From contig JBFMGU010000043.1 in NCBI GenBank assembly GCA_040752415.1, forward strand, positions 1 to 52,518: 52,518 nt of DNA, in the 5' to 3' direction. Under the pieces are notes generated by a model, which made no database searches, was not told where the DNA came from, and saw only the letters and a list, made by a program, of their open reading frames with translations. Each line of letters opens with the position of its first letter. Within the stretch, counting starts at the first letter, position 1. This stretch comes from Myxococcota bacterium. Its GTDB lineage: Bacteria > Myxococcota > JACRCW01. The position numbers and the translations under genes are program-made. Shown here in pieces: positions 44,176 through 52,518 of this stretch.

Positions 44176-45738
44176 TCACGGGTTGGTGGTCGCCGCGCAA
44201 CGCACCGGCTGGGTGCTGAAGTGCACCTCGGCGGGCGCGCCGTTGCGGGTCAGCCCGGTGATGTTGACCTCGTAGGTCACGTCCACCTCCCACGCCGGGT
44301 CATAGGCCACCGTCTTCAGGGACCCGAAGCGACCGGACAGAAGCTCCCCGCCGCGGAAGACCTCCTCGTCGGTATCCTGGCGCACCACGACGATCTCCAG
44401 CGCGTCGGTCAGCTCATAGGCGGCGAGGTCCACGGTCCAACGTCCCAGCAACACCTCGGCGGGGAACGGCCCCGGTGAGGGATAGGCCACCAGCTCCGGG
44501 TCCGCGTTTCCGTCGAAGAAGTGCACCCGCGTGCAGTTGAACGTATCCACGTGCCCAACGCTGACCCGGTCCAGCGGCGGATTGAGCAGCCAGCGACGAT
44601 GCCCCAGTGAAGACTCGGAGCGGTCGTCGACGTACAGGTCGATGGCGGACGACGGCGATGGTACTCCCAGCGCGATGTTGCTGGCGCCAGCCGCTTCCGC
44701 GCCCAGTCCGGTGTAGCAGTGCGTGGCGCTGGGCGGGTCGTGGGAAAGTCCTCCCAGCTCCTTGAGGATGAGCGCGCACTCCTGCTCGGCGTGGGTGTGG
44801 CCGTCGTCGTACGTGACGTCGGGAAGGCCGGTGAGTCGGCGGAACATGTTGATGCGCCGCACCGCGTCCTGACGCGCGTCGGGGGAGAGCGCTCCCAGGT
44901 CGCACTCGAATCCGCCGCACGTCCGCCACACCGGCGCGGCGGCCCGGGGCTTGCCGTCGTCGAGGATCGCGCAAACCTCGCCGCGGGTGCGGGACTGGAG
45001 GCCGCCCTCGCTGCGCACGCACACGCCGTCACGACGGAAGAAACCGGGAACGCACTCGCACACCCCGGCGACACACCCTGCAAACGCACCACACGCGCCG
45101 CAACCCGCATCCCCGGCACCTCCGTCGACACCCACGGGAGCACGCAACAACGCCACCGTGTTCACCTGCACGCGTCCCGGCCCGTTGAGCGGGTCCAGAC
45201 GAAGCTGGCGGAGCGTGCCGTTCCAGCGCGGATGCTCCGAGAGGTCCACGCGGTGCGTGCGCAGCTCTCCGTCGGCCACCAGCGGAAACCCTTCGGAGCT
45301 CGCCGCGGACCAGGACGCGGTGTCCGTCGTGGTGAGCCAGAAGAAGCGGCCCGTGGCGGCGGCGCCGGTGGATTCCGCGGACAACACCGCCTCCAGCACC
45401 GTGCACTCCGCCAGGTCCGCGGAGGCATTCACGGACATGAAGGGATCCGGCCCGTCCGCCTCCAGCGCCACGCCCAGCGCGGGTTGCTCGGCGAGGAGTT
45501 GCAGGTCGTTGTCCAGCGTGAAGGGCGCCGCATTGCCGGCGAAGGTCCAACGCACGCAATCGTCGGACGTCGCGTAGCTCGCGTCCACTCCTCCCGCGTC
45601 GGGGACCTCCACGGTTGACGACGGAGCTTCGCAGCCCTGCGGGACCGCGCGCGCCGTGGGAGTGCTGGTGGCCAGGCACCCCGTCGTCAGCAGGACGCCC
45701 GCAATGAGGGCCAGCGGCAAGGGGTCGTGGTGGGGCAT
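44176..45738 (-). CDS. Lipoprotein with a carbohydrate-binding-like domain, an EGF-like Cys motif and a CAP (SCP-like) domain
   Basis: Lipobox TTGC; LRQLRLDP; CECVPGF; RINMFRRLTGL, LSHDPP, SNIA, SLGHRRWLLNP. Confidence 0.82.
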   Translation of the reverse strand: MPHHDPLPLALIAGVLLTTGCLATSTPTARAVPQGCEAPSSTVEVPDAGGVDASYATSDDCVRWTFAGNAAPFTLDNDLQLLAEQPALGVALEADGPDPFMSVNASADLAECTVLEAVLSAESTGAAATGRFFWLTTTDTASWSAASSEGFPLVADGELRTHRVDLSEHPRWNGTLRQLRLDPLNGPGRVQVNTVALLRAPVGVDGGAGDAGCGACGAFAGCVAGVCECVPGFFRRDGVCVRSEGGLQSRTRGEVCAILDDGKPRAAAPVWRTCGGFECDLGALSPDARQDAVRRINMFRRLTGLPDVTYDDGHTHAEQECALILKELGGLSHDPPSATHCYTGLGAEAAGASNIALGVPSPSSAIDLYVDDRSESSLGHRRWLLNPPLDRVSVGHVDTFNCTRVHFFDGNADPELVAYPSPGPFPAEVLLGRWTVDLAAYELTDALEIVVVRQDTDEEVFRGGELLSGRFGSLKTVAYDPAWEVDVTYEVNITGLTRNGAPAEVHFSTQPVRCAATTNP

Positions 45739-45824
45739 CACGTTCGAGCGTAACACCCGGGACGGAAACACTCAGCCATGGCGGTGGAGCACCCATCCCC
45801 GTGGACGCCCCACCACACCGCGCG

Positions 45825-48800
45825 TCAGCGACGTCGCCGCGCGCGCCACGCGACCACCAGCATCAACGCCAGTGGCACTTCCACGTTCGCGGTCGACGAC
45901 GCGTCACAGGCGCAACCATTCCCCGGCTCCACACCGGGGCCCGCACCCGCGCCACCGGTGCCCCCGGCGTCCGGCGTGACCGGGTTGCCACCGGCGTCGG
46001 CCTGGTTGGTGCCGGCGTCGTCGGAGCGCTGGGCCGCATCCGGAGTGCCTGCGTCGTCGGAGGGCTGGGCGCCCGCGTCGGACTCCGTGCCCGCGTCATC
46101 CGTGCTGCTGCCCGCATCCGCGACGACCGCGGCGTCCGCCTCCGCGCCCCCGTCGACGCTGCCGCCATCCGCACCGGTACCTCCTCCGTCGCTGTTGCCA
46201 CCATCCGTCGCCACGCCGCCGTCCGGCTCCACCACGTTCAGCGTGTAGTCCCGCGTGCCGAAGTTCTCCTCGACGTCGCGCACCATCACCGTGAAGGTGG
46301 ACTGGCCCGCTTGGGTGGGTGTTCCGTCCAGGGTGCCGTCCTGCGCCAGCACCAGTCCGTCGGGGAGCACGCCGGGGGCAACCGTGAACGTGTACGACCC
46401 CGAGCCCCCCGTCGCGCTCAGGACCACCTCGTACAGCTGACCGCGGATGGCGTCGTCGAGCGTGTCGGGTGCGATCTCCAGGACCGTACGCGCCACGATG
46501 GAGACGGTGACCTCGCCCTGGCCGGTGAAGTTGTTGACGTCGGTGGCCTGCACCGTGAACGAGAAACCGCCAGGCTGGGTGGGCGTGCCGGTGAGCGCCC
46601 CGTCGCCACCCAGCGTCAGGCCGGGCGGCAGACTGCCCGCGCTGACCTGGAACGTGTACGGCTCCGCTCCACCATCCGCGACGAGCGTCTGACTGTAGGC
46701 GCGGCCTTCCCTCCCGTCGGGCAGCGTGGCGGGAGAGACGGTCAGCGTCGGCGGAGTCCCGTGCAGGGTCCTCAGCCCGGAGACACTGAACCCGTCGGCG
46801 TCCTGGGCGCGCACCGTGAACGCAGAGTCGCCCACCTGCGTGGCCACACCGGACAACACGCCGTCGCCGGCCAGCGTCAGGCCCGGCGGCAACGCTCCGT
46901 CGACCACGGCAAACGTGAACGGCGCCGTCCCGCCCTGGACGGTGAGCGGCACGCTGTAGGCGCGGCTGGCCACGAAGTCCGGCAACGCATCCGGCTGCAA
47001 GGTCAGCGTGGGAGCGGACACGTGGATCGTCACCACCGTGCTGCCCGGGAGGCCGTTGGCGTCGGTGATGTTCAACGTGAAGGAGAAATCTCCCGCGGCC
47101 GTGGCCCGACCGGAGAGCGCACCCGACGGCGACAGGCTGAGGCCCGGCGGCAACGTGCCGTCGACGGAGAACGTGTAGGGCGCGGCGCCACCGGTGGCCA
47201 CGAAGTCCTGTTGCACGGTCTCCCCGCCAACCAGGGTCACGTCGGTGACGTCGATGACGATGGTGGGCGTGGCGCCATGCAGCGCCAGGCCGCGCATTCC
47301 CACGAATCCATACTGGTCCTGCGCCTGCACCGTGAAGGTGAAGTCGCCCGCCTGCGTGGCGGCGCCGGCCAGGATTCCGTCGGAGGACAACGCCAGGCCG
47401 GGCGGCAGCGCTCCGTCGACGACGGTGAACGAGTAGGGAGCAGCTCCCCCCTGCGCGCTGAAGGCCACCTGGTAGGTGTTGCTGGCAACGAAGTCCGCCA
47501 GCGCGTCGGGCAGCACGGTCACCACGGGCGGAGTCACATGAAGTGCCAGCGACACGCTGCCCGTGAAACCGTTGGCGTCGGTGGCGGTGACGGTGAACGA
47601 GAAGTCACCAGCCTGCGTGGCGCTCCCGGAGAGCACACCGTCCGACGACAGCTCCAGGCCCGCGGGCAACGACCCCGCGCCGACCGCGAAGGTGTAGGGG
47701 GCCTGCGCGCCTTGCGCCGTGAACGAGACCGTCATGGGTTCCAGTGCCACAACGTCGGCCAGCGCGGTGGGGTCCACCAGGATCACCGGCGGTTGGCCCA
47801 CCAGCGTGACCTGCTGGAACGCGGTGAACCCGTTGGCGTCGGTGATCTTCACCTCCAACGGGAAGCTGCCGGCCACGGTGGCCACGCCAGAGATGCCCGA
47901 CGACGCAAAAGACAGCCCCGACGGAAGCACGCCCTGGGTCAGCTCCAGCGTGTACGGATCCGCGCCGCCCGTCGCGCCCAGCGTCACGGAGTACGGCGTG
48001 CTGGCCACGTAGTCGGGGAGCGTTGACGGCTGCAGCGCGAGCAGCGGGGCCACCATGCGCAACGTCAACGGGGTCACACCGCTCTCGGCGTTGGCGTCGG
48101 TGGCGGTGACCTCGAAGGTGAAATCACCCGCCACCGTGGACGTCCCGGACAGCAGACCGGACGCATCCAGCGTGAGCCCGGCGGGCAGCGCACCCGACGT
48201 CAACGCGTAGGTGTACGGCTCGGTCCCGCCAGTGGCGGTCAACTGCTGCTGGTAGGGATTGCTCCCGGTGCCATCGGGGAGTGTCGACGTCGTGAGCTGG
48301 ATGTGCGCCGCCATGTGCAGCGTGTAGTCCTGGTAGTCCCGGCACGCGTCCGCCCCCTGCGCCTGCACACGGAACGTGCTGTCGCTTGCCGTCGTGGTCG
48401 TGCCGGACAGCGTCCCGTTGGTGGCAAGCGTGAGACCGGCGGGGAGCGCGCCCGCGGTGGTGGTGAACGTGTACGGCCCGGTGCCGCCGGTGGCGGTCAG
48501 CGTCTGGCTGTAGGGCGTGTCCGCCTGTCCGTCGGGGAGCGTGTCGGGAGCAACGTCAAAGGGCGCACACGTGGTGCACGCGCCGTTGGAGACGCCCACC
48601 ACCAGGCTCCAGGACCGGACGTTGCCGGTGTCCCCCACGAAGTAATCCTGCACGGAGAGGGTCCAGTTGCCGTTGGGGTTCTCGCCGTTGAACGCGGAGA
48701 GCGGGTTGGCGGGCTTGAACGTTCCGACGAAGGGGGCCGCGGCAGCCAGCTGCGCCTGGATGAGGGGCGAGGCCGCGTCATCCAGCGCCGTGGTGCAGAA

Positions 48801-49607
48801 ATTGTTTCCGGAGTTGCCGCCGCCACCGTTGCTGAGGCGGTTCACCAGCGTGACGGTGGTGCCGCTGGGGGACTGCAGCCGGATGACCAGGTCACCCACG
48901 AAGGTGTGATCCAGGCCCACGGTGGTGGAGCCCGTGGTGGTGTTGCAGGAGCCGCCGTTGAAGCGGAAGTCCAGGTCTTGGAGCGGGCCGCTGACGCCGC
49001 TCACCGCCAGCGTCGACGAGACCACCGGGCCCGGCGACTCCGCGCCCACGCCATCCGGGACGGCCAGCACGGTGGTGGAGGTGAACGTGGTGGTCTGGAT
49101 GCCACCAACGTCCAAGGTCACCGTCACCGGGAACGTGCGCGGGCTACCGGTGTCCTGCGACGTCACCACCAGCGCCAGGGAGACGGTGCTCCCACACGCC
49201 GCCGACGTGGCGGTCCGGATGATGAACGGGGTGGTGTTGACCGCGCTGCCGTCGACGGGAACGTCCGGATAGGCGCTGCTGGGCTGCACCAGCGTGACGT
49301 TGGGGTCGTTGGTGGTGAGCAGGCCGGCAACCTCCAGCGCGTCGCCCGCGCCGCCGGGGTTGGTCAGCTGGATTTGCAGCTCCACCGCCTCACCGGGGTC
49401 CGCGTTGACGTCGCCATCGCCGGAGATCGGCGTGCGCGTCACCACGCCCAGCACCAGGTTCGGGTCACCGGCCTGGATGACCGCGTGACCGCCCAGACCC
49501 CACCCGGCACGGCGGAGATCCTTCCCGTCCGCGCCGTCCCGCACCTCGACTCCGCAGCTTGTTCCCAACAGCACCATTACCAACACAGCCAGCCGCTTCA
49601 GCACCAT
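45825..49607 (-). CDS. Surface protein with a proprotein-convertase P domain, nine putative-Ig (He_PIG-like) repeats and a MYXO-CTERM tail
   Basis: Lipobox-like GTSC. HTFVGDLVIRLQSPSGT..NGNWTLSVQD P-domain. Nine 'LP.....Y...L.A.GG..PY.F....G.LP.GL.L' units. GCAC...LALMLVVAWRARRRR. Confidence 0.88.
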   Translation of the reverse strand: MVLKRLAVLVMVLLGTSCGVEVRDGADGKDLRRAGWGLGGHAVIQAGDPNLVLGVVTRTPISGDGDVNADPGEAVELQIQLTNPGGAGDALEVAGLLTTNDPNVTLVQPSSAYPDVPVDGSAVNTTPFIIRTATSAACGSTVSLALVVTSQDTGSPRTFPVTVTLDVGGIQTTTFTSTTVLAVPDGVGAESPGPVVSSTLAVSGVSGPLQDLDFRFNGGSCNTTTGSTTVGLDHTFVGDLVIRLQSPSGTTVTLVNRLSNGGGGNSGNNFCTTALDDAASPLIQAQLAAAAPFVGTFKPANPLSAFNGENPNGNWTLSVQDYFVGDTGNVRSWSLVVGVSNGACTTCAPFDVAPDTLPDGQADTPYSQTLTATGGTGPYTFTTTAGALPAGLTLATNGTLSGTTTTASDSTFRVQAQGADACRDYQDYTLHMAAHIQLTTSTLPDGTGSNPYQQQLTATGGTEPYTYALTSGALPAGLTLDASGLLSGTSTVAGDFTFEVTATDANAESGVTPLTLRMVAPLLALQPSTLPDYVASTPYSVTLGATGGADPYTLELTQGVLPSGLSFASSGISGVATVAGSFPLEVKITDANGFTAFQQVTLVGQPPVILVDPTALADVVALEPMTVSFTAQGAQAPYTFAVGAGSLPAGLELSSDGVLSGSATQAGDFSFTVTATDANGFTGSVSLALHVTPPVVTVLPDALADFVASNTYQVAFSAQGGAAPYSFTVVDGALPPGLALSSDGILAGAATQAGDFTFTVQAQDQYGFVGMRGLALHGATPTIVIDVTDVTLVGGETVQQDFVATGGAAPYTFSVDGTLPPGLSLSPSGALSGRATAAGDFSFTLNITDANGLPGSTVVTIHVSAPTLTLQPDALPDFVASRAYSVPLTVQGGTAPFTFAVVDGALPPGLTLAGDGVLSGVATQVGDSAFTVRAQDADGFSVSGLRTLHGTPPTLTVSPATLPDGREGRAYSQTLVADGGAEPYTFQVSAGSLPPGLTLGGDGALTGTPTQPGGFSFTVQATDVNNFTGQGEVTVSIVARTVLEIAPDTLDDAIRGQLYEVVLSATGGSGSYTFTVAPGVLPDGLVLAQDGTLDGTPTQAGQSTFTVMVRDVEENFGTRDYTLNVVEPDGGVATDGGNSDGGGTGADGGSVDGGAEADAAVVADAGSSTDDAGTESDAGAQPSDDAGTPDAAQRSDDAGTNQADAGGNPVTPDAGGTGGAGAGPGVEPGNGCACDASSTANVEVPLALMLVVAWRARRRR

Positions 49608-49940
49608 GAGACTCCCGGAAGAAGGGGTGCGCACGATTACTGCCGCGTTGGAGATCAACGCCAGGACTAAGTTCCGCGATGGAGTCTGAGCCCTTGGACC
49701 GACGAGCGTTGAACCCAAGCGGGGGCAACGACGACGGTCGCCCACTCTGGCGTCGTGCCAGTCCTTCCGTGCCAGGATGCCACCGGACCAGGCCTGCGAC
49801 TCTCGTGTGGCAGTTGCTCCCACCCACACCCACAAACTTGCCACCCGTCGACACTTTGCTAACGCACACCCCCTCCCACACTGATCGATCGCCACCGGTG
49901 CGATCGGCGTGTTGAGCCCCGGATTTCCAGCGTTTTTTCC

Positions 49941-49956
49941 TGGCACACCGGCTGCA
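49941..49956 (+). promoter_or_regulatory. Probable sigma54 promoter for the 49994 gene
   Basis: TGGCAC-ACCGG-CTGCA, ~40 nt upstream of the ATG, with a GGAGG RBS in between. Confidence 0.55.
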
Positions 49957-49993
49957 CAAGGGCGGGCAACTTTTTTCTACGGAGGCAGGTCAC

Positions 49994-52387
49994 ATGAGGA
50001 GCCTGGGTATCGGACTTTGCACCGTGGGGGTGATCGTGGCGGGCTGCGCGCAGGGGCTGGACGTACCGGACCTGCCGCTCTCGACGGAGGCGCTGGAGAC
50101 CTTCTGGCGTCACTCCGACTGGCGCCCGCGCAAGGACGTGCAGGTGGACATCCGCCAGGCGGCGCCCAGCCGGGTGCAGCGGTTCGCCACCAGCACCAAC
50201 ATCGGCGACATCAAGGTCATCGAGGGTGACAGCACCGTGGTGTCCACCGTCAGCGGCCAGGGCGGCAGCGGCTACGGGCTGCGCATGGACGAGGCGCGCC
50301 AGGACCTCGCGCGCATCACCCGCCAGGTCATTGACGAGGAGGGCGACCACTTCGACTTCATCGTGGTCTTCCCGCTCTTCGAGGACCTGATGAACCCGGG
50401 CTTCGCGTATTTTAGCAACATCGTGAACCGGGACAGCGGCATCGGGCTGGAGCAGATGGACATGAGCGACCTGTTCGGCTCCAACGGGCGCCTCCAGGGC
50501 TTCCTCAACATGAACAGCCCCGACGCGTACAGCCAGGTGGACGGGCTGCCCATCAGTGACCCGGCCTCGTCGGTGTACCCGATCATGGGCCAGGAGCTCA
50601 CCCACCGCTGGCTGGCGTTTGCCAAGGTGAAGAAGGAGGGCTTCCAGGACGGGAGCACCTCGGACGTGCTGCTGGGCCGCGACCAGGCGCACTGGTCCGC
50701 GCTCATGCACACCGGCCCCGCCGACGACGGCGCGGGCATCTACACCAGCGTGCAGGACGGCGTGGCCTGGCGGGACAACGCCGACGGCACGTTCACCGCC
50801 GTGGAGGTGTTCTCCGACCAGGGCTTCAACATCTCCCGGCGCGCGCGCTTCTCCACGCTGGACCTCTACCTCATGGGCTTCATGCCGCCGGAAGAGGTGG
50901 AGCCGTTCTTCGTCATCGAGAATGCGCGCGCGGGCAACCAGCGGGTCAGCGCCACCAGCGTGCTGTACCAGGGGCTGACCGTCACCGGGGACCGCGAGGA
51001 CTTCACCGTCGAGCACGTCATCAACGCGCTGGGCCCGCGGGTGCCCGCCGCCCACGAGTCGCAGCGGGACTTCAACCTGGCCGTGGTGGTGCTCACCCAG
51101 CCCGGCGTCACCGCTGCCGACGTCACCGCGCAGGTGGAACTGGTGGAGTCCTTCCGCACGCAGTGGGTGGAGAACTTCCAGGAGTGGACCGGCCAGCGCG
51201 CCCGCGTGTGCACCGCGCTCAGCGGGGACTGCAGCACCGCACGCCTGCGCCTCAAGGACCTCACCGTCACGGAGAGCAACCCCGACGGCGCCTTCGAGCC
51301 CGGCGAGGCGCTCACCGTCACCGCGCGCGTCATCAACCAGGGCAGCGCCACCAGCGCCGAGGCGCGCGTGGACATTGCCACCGAGGGAGACGCCGCGCTC
51401 TCGCCCACCAGTGTCACCGTGGCGCCCCTGGCCGCGGAGGCGGGCACCGAGGTGAGCTTCACCGTGACGCCCGCGACGAGCTTTGCCTGCGCCAGCGAGC
51501 TGAAGGTGACGTTGACCCTGACCAGCGCGGAGGCGGCGGCGGAGAGCGCCAGCGTGAGCCGCGTGGTGGGTGTGCGCACGACCACGCGTGTCTCCATGGA
51601 GTCGGACCCGGGCTGGGAGGTGGACCCCGACGGCACCGACACCGCGCAGATGGGTCGCTGGCGTCGGGGCATTCCACGCCGGACGGACCTGCGTCGCTTT
51701 GGCGCTTCCGACGTGGTGTTCCAGCCGGGCGATGACGCCTCTCTCGACGGGGACAACGCGTACTTCACCGAGCCGGGCGGCTCCGGCCTGGATCCCTACA
51801 ACGTGTCCGACACCGACGTGGACGACGGCGAGACCACGCTGCAGACCACGGAGATCACGCTGGCGGGCCTCACCGACCCGGTGCTCTCGTTCAGCACGTG
51901 GCACACCGCGATGATCCTCGACCTGGAGCAGCGGCAACTGCTGGAGGCCGAGGAGGATGACCTGGTGACCGAGATTTCCGCCGACGGCGTGAGCTGGGTG
52001 GAGATCGACCGTGACGCGAGCAACGACTTCGTCTGGAAGCGCAAGAGCTTCAAGGTGAAGGAGATTGCCGGGCTGCCCGCGGAGGTCACGCGCGTGTTCC
52101 TGCGCTTCACCGTGGGGGACAAGGGGCCGGAGCAGAACCTGGTGGAGGCCGGTGTCGACGAGCTGACGCTCACCGACGTGTCCCTGGTGTGCCAGGGCGT
52201 CATCACGCCGGAGGTGCCGGGAGGTGAGGTGACGCCGCCGGGAAGCGATGACGGCGTGCCCGCGCAGGATGAGCGTGACGACGAGCTGGCGATCCGCGCG
52301 TTCGGGTGCAGCGCCACGGGCGCACCGGCGGGCGCGGAGCTGCTGGTGCTGGTGGGGCTGGCGGGTCTGCTGCGTCGTCGTCGTTGA
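49994..52387 (+). CDS. Zincin-like (QExxH) putative metalloprotease with a CARDB-like domain and a MYXO-CTERM tail
   Basis: Lipobox VAGC; GQELTHRW, GRDQAHWS, LDLYLMG; FGCSATG..LLVLVGLAGLLRRRR. Confidence 0.8.
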   Translation: MRSLGIGLCTVGVIVAGCAQGLDVPDLPLSTEALETFWRHSDWRPRKDVQVDIRQAAPSRVQRFATSTNIGDIKVIEGDSTVVSTVSGQGGSGYGLRMDEARQDLARITRQVIDEEGDHFDFIVVFPLFEDLMNPGFAYFSNIVNRDSGIGLEQMDMSDLFGSNGRLQGFLNMNSPDAYSQVDGLPISDPASSVYPIMGQELTHRWLAFAKVKKEGFQDGSTSDVLLGRDQAHWSALMHTGPADDGAGIYTSVQDGVAWRDNADGTFTAVEVFSDQGFNISRRARFSTLDLYLMGFMPPEEVEPFFVIENARAGNQRVSATSVLYQGLTVTGDREDFTVEHVINALGPRVPAAHESQRDFNLAVVVLTQPGVTAADVTAQVELVESFRTQWVENFQEWTGQRARVCTALSGDCSTARLRLKDLTVTESNPDGAFEPGEALTVTARVINQGSATSAEARVDIATEGDAALSPTSVTVAPLAAEAGTEVSFTVTPATSFACASELKVTLTLTSAEAAAESASVSRVVGVRTTTRVSMESDPGWEVDPDGTDTAQMGRWRRGIPRRTDLRRFGASDVVFQPGDDASLDGDNAYFTEPGGSGLDPYNVSDTDVDDGETTLQTTEITLAGLTDPVLSFSTWHTAMILDLEQRQLLEAEEDDLVTEISADGVSWVEIDRDASNDFVWKRKSFKVKEIAGLPAEVTRVFLRFTVGDKGPEQNLVEAGVDELTLTDVSLVCQGVITPEVPGGEVTPPGSDDGVPAQDERDDELAIRAFGCSATGAPAGAELLVLVGLAGLLRRRR

Positions 52388-52518
52388 AGGACCGCGGAGG
52401 TCCCGGGGGGTGCAGGGCCGGCCCCCCCACCCCGCCGCCTTCCGGTTTCACCGATTTCTCGTCGAGGCGGCGGGCCTCCCCCACGGTGTGGGGAGGCGTA
52501 GATGTGCCGCGCCGGTGT

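Overview
Very GC-rich bacterial DNA, most consistent with a Myxococcota (myxobacteria-like) chromosome. The evidence is two MYXO-CTERM-type sorting tails, many Cys/DAG-rich lipoproteins and several sigma54-type promoters. All product calls are by motif recognition only; no searches were run. Contents in order: (i) a partial Gly-rich gene missed by the ORF track; (ii) a putative small-molecule/glycoconjugate cluster (1327-7731) made of a divergent DMATS/ABBA prenyltransferase-like gene (apparently frameshift-fused to a GlmU-like hexapeptide-repeat gene), a GT-like/TylF O-methyltransferase fusion, a sugar nucleotidyltransferase and an AttH/CrtC-like hydratase; (iii) a DNRLRE-metallophosphoesterase; (iv) a minus-strand module with a consensus sigma54 promoter, an atypical tRNA-like RNA (GAG anticodon, short variable arm, mispaired acceptor stem) and a slipin/SPFH gene, resembling an RNA-repair (Rtc-type) operon without rtcB; (v) signalling genes (two hemerythrins, a hybrid kinase, Crp/Fnr, ArsR-SRPBCC, a class III cyclase); (vi) many large surface proteins; (vii) several REP/REPIN-like long inverted repeats, a 4x38-bp tandem repeat and a ~92-bp direct repeat bracketing an orphan gene. 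No CRISPR array, rRNA or intact transposase was seen.
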